Assembly: GCA_037379345.1 (NCBI GenBank)
Contig: CM074518.1
Span: 17,546,001-17,610,000 of the forward strand
Source: Perna viridis
Taxonomy: Eukaryota
Direction: 5' to 3'
DNA length: 64,000 nucleotides
The position numbers and the translations under genes were made by a program. The notes beneath the pieces are model-generated. The model had not been told where the DNA came from, ran no database searches, and saw only the letters and a list, made by a program, of their open reading frames with translations. Below are positions 14,421-27,700 of the stretch, in pieces (positions within the stretch are counted from its first letter, which is position 1; each line of letters starts with the position of its first letter).

Positions 14421-15044
14421 AAATAAAAGCAGTAATAAGACTAAATTGATCACTTTTGAACGCAAATAAATTTTGGAGCCCACAGACTTTCTTTCTCTAC
14501 TAATGCCATGAAGTATCTATTGAAGACGAAGTTCTGCAACAATCATGTTCAGTATTCACTTCACTTTAACACTCGTTTATCAAGAAAGGACACAACAAAT
14601 AATAAAACAAATGCAAATTATTGTTTAGTGCCATCACAAACTGTCAAGAAAAAAGTGACTTCCATTATTCATAAATGTCATGGGAACGCGTAATGATAGT
14701 CAGATTAATGACGTCACTTTTTATGAATGTGTTTGCCAGACATCGGACAAATCAGGCATGACACTGATATACATTCTGATTTGAGAAAACACAGTCTAGG
14801 ACAATAACATGTATTCGATGGGGATCAATTAAAGCTAACCAGTCTCCGCGTCTGAGAACCTATTCCGTGTCTGTTTACTCGGACTGGGATAAATATTGCC
14901 GGGGAGTGAATCATCAAAAATATGACTTTGCACCAAAAAATGACTTTGCTTAAATTCCGTACAACCGAAGAAGTTTTATTTAAAGGCATTTGCTTAATAA
15001 AAAGCATAAATACCAACACTGAATCCATCTATCTAGAGGATTTT

Positions 15045-15345
15045 TTTCTTATGTCCCGCAACTAAAAGTTTGGCCATATAGTTTTACACATTGCCGTCCG
15101 TCCCGCAGGTTTTCACAAGATAACTCATAAGCTTTTGCACCAATTTAATTGAAACTGTGTGGGAATAGTGCTTGGATAGCCCCCTTTATTATTATTATTA
15201 TTATTATTATTATTTAAATTCTAATAATTCGTCTTCGGGTAACGGAATTTTTATTTCATAAAAAGGTTTTCCAGTATTCGCACAATAACGCAAAAACTCT
15301 TGCACCTATCAAAATGAAACTTATGGAAATCCCTATAGTTGTAAA
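15045..15345 (+). mobile_element. Putative non-autonomous Helentron/HINE-like repeat
   Basis: It starts after a T-run with TTATGTCCCGC, then has a GTCCGTCC microsatellite-like block and two degenerate internal repeats (CTTTTGCACC...GAAACT). This is the typical HINE/DINE-1 layout. Confidence 0.45.
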
Positions 15346-15942
15346 CTACCTTTAATTATTCCATTTTTTAAAACACTTGCAGCAATATGTGTGATACGTT
15401 ATTTTGTGATGATATTGATTAGAATCAGCATGGTGAAACCAACCCTATTTCGTAAGTATAAGACTTGTAAAAAAAGTTTTAATCTATAAGTAATTTACTT
15501 CGTGCATATGTATATGTTTACTTACAATATTGGCAGCAGCTCAGTGAAAAGTTACTTATCTTTGTTGTATTGCCTTGGAGTCAATTATTGCTATGCAATG
15601 TATGGGTATCATCTGTGCCTACCAATTCTACCATGAGTGTTCTGGCTAAATAATTGTGTTCATTTAGGAGTGTGGGGTATCATTTTTATTTTTTTTTTAT
15701 AATTGTCATCGTCAGTGCGTTCATTCGTAAATGTGTAGTATTATTCATTTATTCAATAAGTTGATAATAACTGTGGTATACAAATTTGTACCTAGTGAGG
15801 AGTGGTAATTGCAAGATGGTGGAAGCAACGCTGTGTCGAAGGCAGGTGTTTGTCTTAGACAGAAATTTTCATTAAGTGCCATTTTTCAATGAATATTAAA
15901 TTATCGTCAAGGACATCGGCAAAAATAAAATTAATAACCAAA

Positions 15943-16072
15943 NNNNNNNNNNNNNNNNNNNNNNNNNNNNNNNNNNNNNNNNNNNNNNNNNNNNNNNNNN
16001 NNNNNNNNNNNNNNNNNNNNNNNNNNNNNNNNNNNNNNNNNNNNNNNNNNNNNNNNNNNNNNNNNNNNNNNN
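15943..16072. other. Assembly gap (run of N)
   Basis: About 130 N characters. Confidence 1.
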
Positions 16073-17505
16073 ATTGAAAGACGTACATGCAAATGTAAGT
16101 ATTTGGCCTTAACTTGATACTTGGCCTTCATAAGAAACGGAAACGATCTACTTACACAGTGTAGCGAAAGTACAACTGCGTATAAAAACTAGAGGTAAGG
16201 TAAACAAGACATGACACAAAAAAACTAAATCACTTGTAACACGAATTTCCAAAAAAGCGGACCCCCCCCCCAAAAAAAAAAAAAAAAAAAAAAAACCAAA
16301 CAAACAAAAAAAAAAAAAAAAAAAAAAAGATCAAAAACGAGGGTGTCAACAAAAGCACATCCTGATTCACTAGCGGCATCCTAACATTGCAAATGAATAA
16401 AATCCAGTATAAGAGTCCAGCTATAAGACTGTAGCTTCCTGTCGATTTAAGGCAGAGTCACAAAGGGGTCCCACAAATAACAAAGGAGCAACTCCACGAT
16501 GTGCGATATCTTTTATACTAATATTACATCGGATACGACAAAATGCAGTAAATATTTCCGTAGAAAACGTCGTTAGAAGCTCACACAACCATGAAAACGA
16601 TTGAGAGTTCTATGTTTACCACAAGGATTGCTCTCGCTGTCCAGTATTTGTACTTTTTGTCGAGAAAAAAATGTTGAGGAAGTGGACACGACGATGGGAT
16701 CAGCAAACAAAACGGACCACGGCTGTTATACAGGAACATCAAAATATCTCTTGCAGGCATTCAAGACCGGCCGTTATGAATTTACCGGGAAATATTTCAA
16801 ACTAGTGGTCCTTTCTACTACCGAAATAAGCTTTTTTTTTAATTTAGGGAATTTCAACCTTTAAGAAGTGCCATTGTCTGGCATAGTGAATCTAATTTAA
16901 CCATTTAATAAGCAACGTATAAGGCACGTCTGCCATCGTTACATTTACCAAATGTTTTCTATAGCTCCTTGGGGTCCTGTTTCGACAGTTGATGAGATTG
17001 CACGGTGTGGGAGTAAGGTCAAACCTGTTAACGATCACAGTTTTATCACTTGTTAAAGATTATACGGATTTGCTGAATAACGGTCTAAAGCAAAGAGATA
17101 TTGATCCAAGAAAACAACAGAAAATAGTAATGAAATTAAAGAAATACTTTCTTATTTGATTTACTGATTAAATCATACTCAAGGATTCCATCTATATTAC
17201 CTAAGTGGCTAATTTTCTCCGAATAAAACAGTCAATATTTATCTTATGAGATGGAAATTATTTTCTGAGGAAATAGAATTGAATTGGGGATTCATTGGAC
17301 GTAAATCAAACAACTTATGACTTGTAAACAGACAGGCAAGAATAACACTTTAGTATCATGGTCCTAAAAGTACATGACTTGGTCGGGGGATATTGCTTTA
17401 AAGTGAGAAAAGATATGCCATCTACCAGAAAAAAATAACTTAAATGTAAAAGCTATTTCATATGTCTAGAGCTACATGAGATATCAATTAATATTGTGCT
17501 TTCGC

Positions 17506-18620
17506 ATCGGCGTAGCCGGAAATATAAGATATGTAAGCAGGGGGTCTTGGGGTAGGGGGGGGCATCAGCATAATTTTCAAATTCGAATACAATTTTTTTC
17601 ATTAAGGTAACAGCTTTGACCATCCATTTTATAACTTGTTCAGCTGAGCATAATTTTCAAATTCGAATAACATTTTTTCATTAAGGTGACAGCTTTGACT
17701 ATCCATTTTAAAACGTATTACCTGTTTAGCCAGCTTTGATTTTTTTCTTTTCTGCTCGTTTTTCTTTCTTTCTTTCTTCTTTTTCTTCTTTTCTCCTTTT
17801 TCGTTTTGTTTTTTGACCACCCTCTTTAATGGAACCGACATAACGAAAGCATAAAGAAACCTGTTCGACGGTAGAAACATCCGTAGTTTCATCTGCAACT
17901 ATGCTAAAACAATTTGGAGAAGTACAATCATAGACGATCTGCTGTGGTAACTGTTGGCCACAAATGTGAATTAACACATTTTGTATCTGGTTTGATAGAT
18001 ATCTAGCGTTTGGGGGTCTGCTTTGTAAATGGTCAGACAAAATCCTATCATGTTCTGCCCTAAATTTGATAAGAGCAATGAAATTACTTTTACTCTTCGG
18101 TTTGACCACGTAGGGGAATGTTCTGCTTTCCAAACAAACAAATAGTCTTCAAAATACTTTTCAATATAGCCCTGTTTACCTTCAGCAATTTTCTTAAAAT
18201 TTTTACTCATTTCAATTCACTTGTCTCGACCAGGTTGGCCCAAGTGTCGTTTTATCACAGTTGTCAAATTTGCCCAATCATTTACAGGGGTTCTCACAGA
18301 AGCATTATCAGAACTATTGAATAAAACGCAATACAAACAATGCATTGCATTTTCTAACTCGGAACATCTTAATCGAGCCATGTTCGATTAAAACCCCTTT
18401 TCACTCCCCGAATTCTGTAAGAGGAAATACAAACGAAGCGGGAACAATCCATTTATTTTTCAGTAGAAAGAACTTGTGTTTGTTGTCAACCTTTTCCTTT
18501 TATGATGCAATATCAAAGTTTTGTGGCTGCAATGATTTGGCCGTAGCGTATGGTCTACACATTCAGTGCTACTTTGATCAGGACGAGCAGACATATCTGG
18601 CTCCGACAAAACTTGAGGTT
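17506..18620 (-). mobile_element. hAT-superfamily transposase remnant (DUF4371, ZMYM1/THAP12-like)
   Basis: ORF 17726-18133 contains SNFIALIKFRAEHD..L.DHL...P.NARYLSNQIQN.LI...FSIVADETTDVSTVEQVSLCFRYV. A hAT-like terminus CATCGGCGTAGCC followed by a G-rich tract lies at ~17505-17565. Confidence 0.85.
17570..17709. repeat. Tandem duplication of a ~60-bp core (period ~79 bp)
   Basis: CATAATTTTCAAATTCGAATA..ATTTTTTCATTAAGGT.ACAGCTTTGAC.ATCCATTTT occurs twice. Confidence 0.85.
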
Positions 18621-20969
18621 CTATAAACCCTTGTTTCTTTGTAGCTGTGGAAGCAGTTTTTTTTTGCTGTTTTAAAAAGTATTATGATAATTTACTTTGA
18701 CCTTTGCTCAAAGTATGTTCTGGTGAAGAGGGATGAATTATCTTCACTGAGGGTGATAATGTTTTAATTTCGAGTCGTCAATTAAAGCGTGTTTATCCCA
18801 GACGCAACGTAAACGGTGTGCTTTTAGGTTTTATGAAGTTCAAGATCAACACACGGACGCTTGTTTTAGGTTACAGACCACCAATTCAACCAATGAGCAT
18901 TTGGAACGTACGCAAAAATAGTCCTACGCAGAAATTACCCCTGTTCCTCATAGTGCTGTGAAAAAGTTCTTATCTCATTTAAAAAATTTAAACAGTTTCT
19001 GAAAGGAAAAACATTTCTGTACATTTTATAGGTGCATTTTGCTTCTTGTGATGTGAAGCCTAATCTCCATAATGATTTCTAAATGTACCTCTATCTTGCG
19101 AAAACACTGGGATTTCCCATGCTATTTATAGACACTTCACTTCCGGTGACCAGTACTGCACTGCAAGTATGCTAACCCCACATGCCATTCTGAGGATTGT
19201 GAGCTGACATATGTAGAATCGTGCTGATATATAGTCCTCTGCAGGTAAAAGTTAAGGTAAAGTCCAGAGAAGCCATTGAATATTGTGAAATTAGCATAGA
19301 CGCCTATGGGAAGTGGAATTAGTGGTTTCTAGCCTTTATTGAACTAATCTTGAATAGAACTCGATCTTGAACCTATAGAACTTAGACACCACAGTTACAT
19401 TTAAATGATCGAGTGTTTAATAGGGATTAGTATCAATTCCAGATGTGATTGTTACAAGCAAATTAATGTAAAGGTAAAGCCAAGGTTGTGAAAAAAAAAT
19501 TTAAATTGACAAAATAATTTATAAGCACAAACTTACACTGCTTTAATGGTGCTACGCCACTGATTCGTGACTACTAGTGAGTGTGTTCAAAACGTGTGAC
19601 TCGTGCAAATTGCAATTAAAGTGTTTTTGTATATCGTTTATTTTTGGCATGAAATACGATGAACTTAAGAAGCACCTGATTTAGTTTATAAAAGTCAATG
19701 AAGAAAGTTGAGCCGGATTTCCAAAAAATTATTTTCTCAGTCACACAGTCGAAGAAATTGTCACCCACGATTATTAACTGAAAGTGTGTGTGTACCTCTA
19801 TACAGTTTGGGAGCCTTCACCTGTAGGTTATTAACATGTTTTTTACATGTAAAACCCTTAATTTAAATTGGGTTATCAACCTTTCGAGTGCTCCGACTGT
19901 TATCACATCTTCAAAATTTCAGCAAAATCATTTAAGCGATTTAAGGAGAGTTGTGCTTACAAAAAATGTAGTTAGACGAACCGGTAGACAGACAGACAGG
20001 CTTGTTTGCCGGTGGAATACAATTAGCCCTGTGTAATAAGCGCGTGATTTCGTGTGTCACTCGAGTGTGCCACGATCTCTACACTATACTATAAATCTAC
20101 CCTGAGCTCACATTAAGCTAGGCGTTTTAAAAGTATCGATACTGTATTGTAGGATAAAGCTGGTTGACCAGTCTGAAAAGTATACGTACCAATAAGCAAA
20201 TGGTTCGATGCATACATTTAATAGAAATTAAGAAATAAAATATATAACCATTTGATTTTCGAAAGAGTGGACTATGGATTCATTTTGTTTTTAATTGTTC
20301 CAAATTCTGAGGGAAGAAGAAACATCTATATCCCCTCTACCGGAAAAATAAATGGTTTCTGCCTAACATAAATGAAATCTAACATATCTTTAAAATAGCA
20401 TGTCAAGTGTCCATTCCAATCCACTGCGGTCTGGAGCTGGAAAAAAACACTTCATTCATATATTTGTATTATAAGAAAATCCGTCCCATTCATATATTGT
20501 TCAAAGCAAAATGCATACCCATTCATGTATTTAACCATATTTGAATTAAGAGAATACGCTAATTTAAGATTAATTGGTGATAATACAGTATAGGAAAGTT
20601 TGTCTTAGCTATAAATTATACATTTAAATTGTAGAAATATGACAACGTGGAATAGTACAGCTAAAAAGTTACAACCAATTCACATAGGAAAGAAAAAAAC
20701 TTATGACCCAATCATTTATTTCAGCTCTGGAAAAACAGACCCATTCCAGTGGCAAATCTGTATATATTGGTATATAGAAGTTACCCCCCTCCCCCGTGTT
20801 CCAACCCCACACAAGGTTTCCCAACCCAGAGTAAAAAAAAAACATTGATGGACAACCCCATATTCACGAATTTTATATACATTAAAATGAAATTAAATAA
20901 ATGAACAACCAAACAAAATTTAATTTTTATGGTAATGAGTTTCCATTTGAGAATAATTTTCACGGGGTC

Positions 20970-21470
20970 AACTGTGACGTAAAGCTGATGACGTAAAAAG
21001 TCAAGAAGTAAACAGACGCTCGTCACGTTCTGGAGATCAACGCACCCATTGATTCCCGAAATCAAGGAAAGTTTTAATCTATAAACAGTGTAAGTAATAA
21101 TAATTCCCGTTTCTTTGTGAGAAAAAAGCCTGCACTCTGCAGAGGTTGTTGTATATACCCTTCGACTGAAGCTAAGAAACACAAAAATGTTGACGGATAG
21201 GCTGATCAGCTGATTCAAAAGAAAAAAAGACAGCTGATTGCGATGAATGATGACATCATGTTTGTCTCGTGCTAATTTGCGTTTTCTTTCTTCAAAACCA
21301 CGTGTTGGTGTGTTTACAAAATAGTTTTGAAATAGAAACAACCAAAATGGCAATAAACTAACTTCAAACATCTTCAGTATTGACCAATTCAAATAGTTGA
21401 GACATTTTTTTTGCCTCACTATCGCAAGGATACAACCAAGCCAATTAAAAATTAGCCTCCGAAGACGTCA
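20970..21470 (+). promoter_or_regulatory. Putative promoter of the bHLH gene (CRE-like sites, E-box, YY1-like, CCAAT)
   Basis: Motifs are TGACGTAA x2 (~20975, ~20989), ATGACATCAT (~21250), CACGTG (21299-21304), CAAAATGGC (~21343), CCAAT (~21441) and GACGTCA (~21464). All lie within 620 bp of the ATG. Confidence 0.45.
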
Positions 21471-21584
21471 TTGCAAAGAATTACACATGCTTAGTTATAG
21501 AATAAGTCTATAGACGCTTAAAATTATTTCAACAGACTTGTAGCCACTTATAAACCATTCCTGTAAGTGCCGATTTTGAATGCT

Positions 21585-21740
21585 ATGACCGACAGTTCAC
21601 GCTCTGGTTCCGTGGTTGGATCCTGTCAGTCCACAGCAGACGACAGAACAACTTGGGTTCTTGTTCAAGATAGCAACGGGGAAACAAGATTAATAACACA
21701 GGAAGAGCTTAACAAAAGCCAGCATACATTACTGCATAAG
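21585..21740 (+). CDS. bHLH gene exon 1 (coding part)
   Basis: MTDSSRSGSVVG...WVLVQDSNGETRLITQEEL...LLHK, donor AAG|gtaact. Confidence 0.7.
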
Positions 21741-24700
21741 GTAACTAAAGCCCTAAAGGGAGTTTAGACCATATTCCGTGATGATTTGCAGTTTTATTAC
21801 AGGGGCCATATAGGTACATTGTCATTGAAGCTTAAGGCTTGTTAAAGTTTAAATGCCTATAAAATGCCCATAAACACTTGTGAGGTATTTGTTGAAAACA
21901 AGCTAGACAGCAAGCTTTCAAGACACGAATGCATGAAATTTGGCAAAATTTAAAAAACAAAACAGAGATTTAATGGAAAATGCCACCAGTTTTGGGAGAC
22001 TTGACAGGCCTGAGATAATGCTGGAAACTGCATGCCTATAACAAAAAGTTCTTTCCTAACCAAGTGTATCCACCCTTCTATTTTATATTTTGAAAAACTT
22101 TTCCTATGTGTTGTGAAGTTGGTTTACAGAAAAACTGGTATGGAAGTAAATACAGTAAAGTAAAAAAAAATAGTCTCTTTTTAAAATTCAGCCTAAAATA
22201 GTAAAATACATGTTAAAATTTTAGCACTAGTGTTCCAGTAGATGTTACCTTACCTCTACAGCAAAGTTCAACAGTGGACTTTCTCCAGCCATCTGAAAGT
22301 CATCCTGATATGAACAATAACCATTTACCAAGTATGGCTCAGTCAGGCCTGGTTAGTTCAACTGTAGTCTCAACAGATAATGAGATAGAGACATTGAGAT
22401 CTCATCACCATGATGTCTCTAATGACAGTCTAGCAGCTGCCTCAGCAGTCAGTTACAAAAATGGAAGTACAATTGAACTGGTAATGGATGAAGATTTGGA
22501 CTCCTCATTGACAAATGAAGGCAGTTTACTTGAACATATATCAAGACAGATTGCTATACAGCAGCCTTACCTTAATCCTGATAATAGGTATTTATAAGTT
22601 TCAAGATATATTGTCTGATGCTGTAAGTACGGTTCTGCCTGAAAATCAGGCAGGGATGATTAATCATATCTTGAGATAATCAATTAAACTGTATAAATAC
22701 ATTTGTCAGGTCCTAAAAACAGCTCTTCTTATGTTCATGTCCTTGTATCTGCTACTTATCATGAAATATTTTTTGACTGTTTAATAGTATAAAAAGTCTG
22801 GCGGGAAGTTTTCCTGTACTTTTTCTGTTGTATAACATAACCAAAATCTAAGTGTTTATAACTCCTATTGGCAACTTCATGTGCACTTTTATTTTTAAAT
22901 ACAGTTTCCAGGAGGCCTAATGAAAGATTTCTTGTCAAACAATATTTCGGATCTCCTATATATCTTGAAATATTTTTTGACTGGTTATAGTGTAAAAATG
23001 CAGGCGGGAAATTTTCTGGTACTTTTTCTGTTGTAAAACCTGACCAAATTTCAAGTTTTTAAAATATCTCAAGAGGACTACTTTTATTTGCATTTATATT
23101 TTCTAATACAGTTTCTATGAGGCCTACAGAAGGATTTGCAATAAAAAATATTTGGGATTAAGGCAGAGCTGTACTTACCGTAAATACAAAAACATTTGTC
23201 ACATTAAAGATTTTTTTCAGATTCAGGGCCTACAAGCCTCTCAGTGGATGTATCCTTGATATTTAAATATGATATGAAGCTTTCTCATTCAAAAACATTT
23301 TCTGCTCAATTTAAGGAGGTAGACCTAGGGTAAGGGACACAATCCTTATAAATCATTGGAATGTTTGTATTCAGCATTTTACACCAATGTCATGTAAGCA
23401 TCAAAGTAACTTAGATTGATTTCATTCTGTGTCAAATGAAAGCTTGATAGCCTTTGGTGAAATTGAATAAGATACAAACATATTACTGACTACATGAGTT
23501 ATGTCCCTTACACTAGGTCTACCTCCTTAACTTATACATAACCACAGCTAGGCACTTGTCTCAGAAAAAAAATCCCTAATGTTATAGATTTAGGGATTAG
23601 TTTGTTCAGAGACAAGTGCCTGTTACTTAAACCTTGTAACATGTCTTATTTTTTCCTGCAGTGGGAAGCCCCTAACCTACCATATAGAAGAGATACCTAT
23701 AGAAAATGTTCCAGTTGAGGCACTAGGTGTGAGTGGCTCACTAGATGACAGTTATACACTAGTACCTACAGTGTTTAGTCAACCTCATCATACATGGTTT
23801 GTAGAAGTTTCTTTAAATTTCAATCACAATACAATTTAAGAACTATAAACATTGATTTTAGTCTGATGCTCAAGATATTTTTTTTAATTTTCAGCAATAA
23901 ATTCTGTCTTTTTAAAAAAAAATTTCTGATAATTAGCTTTAGTACAATTACCTCTGTTGAATTAGGCACTGACCATTTCATTAGCGATTTGTGGGGGGGA
24001 GGGATGGGATTAGATGTTTTTGAAAAAAAAAATCAATAATGTTGGGTAGTGGTGTTCTGATGATTGGTTTAAGTCGCAAATCAGTTGGTTTAGGTCAGCG
24101 ATGTCGATAATCGATTGGAAAGTTGCTCAATCGATTGCTGTCGCAAATTTCCGGATTTCCGTTAGTTCCACTCCCAATCCGTAACCGCGTTTAAAATTAG
24201 TAAAAACATGGCTGACGACAACAACAACGTGGTTGTTGTGGATGAAAATGAGAAAGATAATAACGATATTGAAGTTTCGATGGAAACTGATCCAGATTTA
24301 GAAAAAAATATCTTTGCATACCGGCCTCATCTGTATCTAGTGGAAGGTTGTTTAGCTTAGCTGGGCAGGTTGTAAGCAAAAAGAGAGCAAGAATGCACTC
24401 ATCAAATGTAGACATGCTAATTTTTCTGAGGAAAAACATGGAGAGATGTTGGAAGTGAAAGGAAATTTTGCAGAAGAGTGATAACATTCTAGTCATTCTA
24501 TATGTTTATGTTAATTAATTTTATTTTGTTTATTGTCATGCTAAAGAGAAAATGACATTTATGAGGGTTGTTATTAAACATATTAACAGTATTATGTATT
24601 ACTTGCAAACATGTATTGACTATTGACTACCAACTGCAATACTGCATAAGTGGTGTTACAACAACCAGGAACTGACTATTCTTCTGGCTTGTTCACTCAA

Positions 24701-27700
24701 ATTTTAAGTGTTCATTGTGTCGTCCGTCAGTCTGTTTGTCCTACATTTGTATCCACAACTCCTCCTAACCTACTGAATTGAATTTGATGAAACTTTCAGA
24801 GAATCCCCATGATGTCATTGGGCACCTCCTATTTTAGAATTTCATCTGACCAATTTTTTTGGTTTCCAATAGCAAAACATGGACATTGCCATTCATTGTG
24901 ATAGGGAGTAACAGTATGCCATCCACAACTCCTCCTAAACTACTGAATGGAATTTGATGAAACTTTTAGAGAATCTTCATTTTATAATGCTGTTGTTCAC
25001 TTCCTATTTTAGATTTTGATCTGACTAACAGTTGGGGTTACCCATACCAAAACATGGACTTTGCCATTCATTGTGATAGGGGATACCAGTATGTCATCCG
25101 CAATTACTTCTAAACCACTGAATGGAATTTAATGAAACTTTCAGGGAATCTTTATTACATAATTCCATAGTGCACCTGCGAATTAAATTTTGATCTTGCC
25201 AACTTTTGGGCGAAGTGCCACTGATGAATCTGGTGACTTTCTCCAGAAGTCAAAACAAGTGTTAAGGTGTTCATATTTTTTTTTGCAATGATCTTTATCA
25301 ACCTCTGTATTTACTTAGTGTATTTGGGTAACTTGGTAAATTTAAAATGTAAAACAGTGCTCCAAGACATATCCAATAGGCAATAGCTTTACAATCTGTT
25401 TCATACAGTTACCTTTATAGACTTAAGTATGTAGTTTCGTTTTTTTTATACAAAAAAGGCCAAGCCGTAAAGAGGCCTATTGGACATGTTTCATCCTCTG
25501 TGTTAATGACCCATGCAGTGCATTCAGGACTCATCAGTTAGAAATGCACCATTAACTAGAGTCAACCAAATAAAAGAAGTGTAACAGAGTTGGTAGTAAC
25601 ATGCAACCAAACAGGGCATGCAAAAAAACTTTATAAAGACACAGTAGTTTTTTTTTTATTTTTAAGTGCATTCTGCATTAAAACTGAGATTTAATCAAAT
25701 TTTGCTACAGTCTTCTTTAAGTAAATACTTCTATGTGCATGTTAAAATTATATTTTTGGGGGTTTATTGAAATTTGAAAGACAGTTTAAAAACTACTGTG
25801 ACTTTAAACAAAAGAAATACACAATAACAGCCAGCAAATGTGTACAAACCTAGTTTTTTATTATGACTAACAATTTAACTGATAGAGAGAGATAATCGGT
25901 CGATTGAGGCCAACCAATAGTAATAGATAATCGGTTGGTGTTTTCAACCGATTGCACAACACTAATGTTGGGGAAAATTAATGATTCTATATATTCTATA
26001 TATATGCTGAAATGATATTAAAATGGTGTGCTAGTGTGAAAAGACATCAAAATCCAGGACCCCCCTCCCCCTCAGGAAAATGTCGGTGCTTTATATCCTT
26101 TTTGAAAATTTAGGTGTAAAAGAATTTTTTATCTTCAGACAGCACTCAAAATACCAAATCTGATGTATTGTAGTTTGGAAACAGGTTAAAAATGAACTGC
26201 TTTGTAAAACATTTATTTAGACTTTTTTTTAGCATACATAAAGCTTACTACATCCAACATTTTCAAATGAGCATGTTACTGCTTGGCAATTATTAGTTAA
26301 TCAATCAAATACTCAGTGACTCATCATACATCAGGTTTAATGTACTTCACTGACACACCTTTTTTCAGGTACCAGAATCCCCAACAGTCTGTGGATCAAA
26401 GGTCATCAACACATAGCAGGATGTATGAGCCAGTCACAGTTTACACACCATCTAACCCAAAAAGACCGGTAGGTTGTGATCCCTTATGAATATGTTTGTG
26501 ACTTTTGTATCTTGAACTTAGTTTTGGAAAGAAATATTGTCTTCCATTTTAAAAAAACATTGTCTTTATTGTGCTTGTCTCATGAAAACTAGAAATTTTG
26601 CTCTGCTATTGGTCTGAGACAGAAATTTCATTAAATTATCATATGTATGTTACAGGTAAACACATTTACAATAATTTGGTAAGTGTAGACAATCAAATAC
26701 TGTTACACTAATTTTTGTAATGTAAAAACTAGTATTTGCTTATTTTTTCTAAATTTTATTTCTGTCTAATGATTATATCTACACTGGAAGACATCTAGTT
26801 CTTGCAACTATTTAAGTTTTCAAATTTCTTATATTAAGATACTTATAATTGTGGAATCATAAATTTGCTACATTAAAATACCCAGATTAGAGATAACATG
26901 TATGGTAGTTCATTAGTAGGGTAACTACGTTTTTAGAATAAACTAGAGGATGCCCACGACATCACGGTCAATTGAGCAAAGTGTAGACACAGAACTTAAA
27001 TGATGGGTACAAAAAAATGAGTAATCATTGGAAAGGATCTATGGCCATCTATCGTACATCAATGATGTGCAGTTTTGTTCAAATTGCTGTAGTGGTTTAA
27101 GAGGAGTTGACTTTTAAAAGTTGATATGGCCCCTGTAGGAAAAAAAACAAACTCCATGAAAATACACTTGCAATAAACAATCTGACTGCTCCAGACATGC
27201 GTTGCGTCAATGACGTATTTTTGGAGCAATCAATCAATTAAAGATTAGCATTCTCTACCTGCAACCCTGGTGCTATTAGCTGGTTATCTTGAGGCTTCGT
27301 CCAAGTTTTCATGCCATGGCCAGTGGGCAGCAAGAGAGCTTGATTTTATTTTATCAAGAATTCTTTCTTTTCTGTACGCTATAGTAGGCCTTCTTGGCTT
27401 GGTTTGAGGGTGTTAACTTTTTTCATTGTTGAAGAACCTCATACAACATCAAGATGCAGAAGAAGCATTAAAGCCCTGGTCCTTGATATCGGTTATTTTC
27501 AATGTACCCTGTGAGTAACCACCATTTCAAATGTATATACAAATATGTGATCAACCCCCAATGGGGGATTTGCTCGTAATTTTTAATGGATGAATTGGCC
27601 AGAAAAGTCAAAGGGGACTTCCTAGCATTTTGTCCTAGTATTCTATAAAATTTCCTGTTATATATCAATATGGAGTTTACACATGAAAAAGGGGAGGGAT

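Noticed and set aside
20781-21419. 212-aa minus-strand ORF over the bHLH promoter
   Set aside because: It has no recognisable domain and a composition typical of AT-rich non-coding DNA.
25215-25260. PLE-type minimal hammerhead (GCCACTGATGAATC...GAC)
   Set aside because: No GAAA follows stem II and there is no stem III or cleavage triplet. The CTGATGA hits on the minus strand at ~11185, ~25531 and ~63209 also fail.
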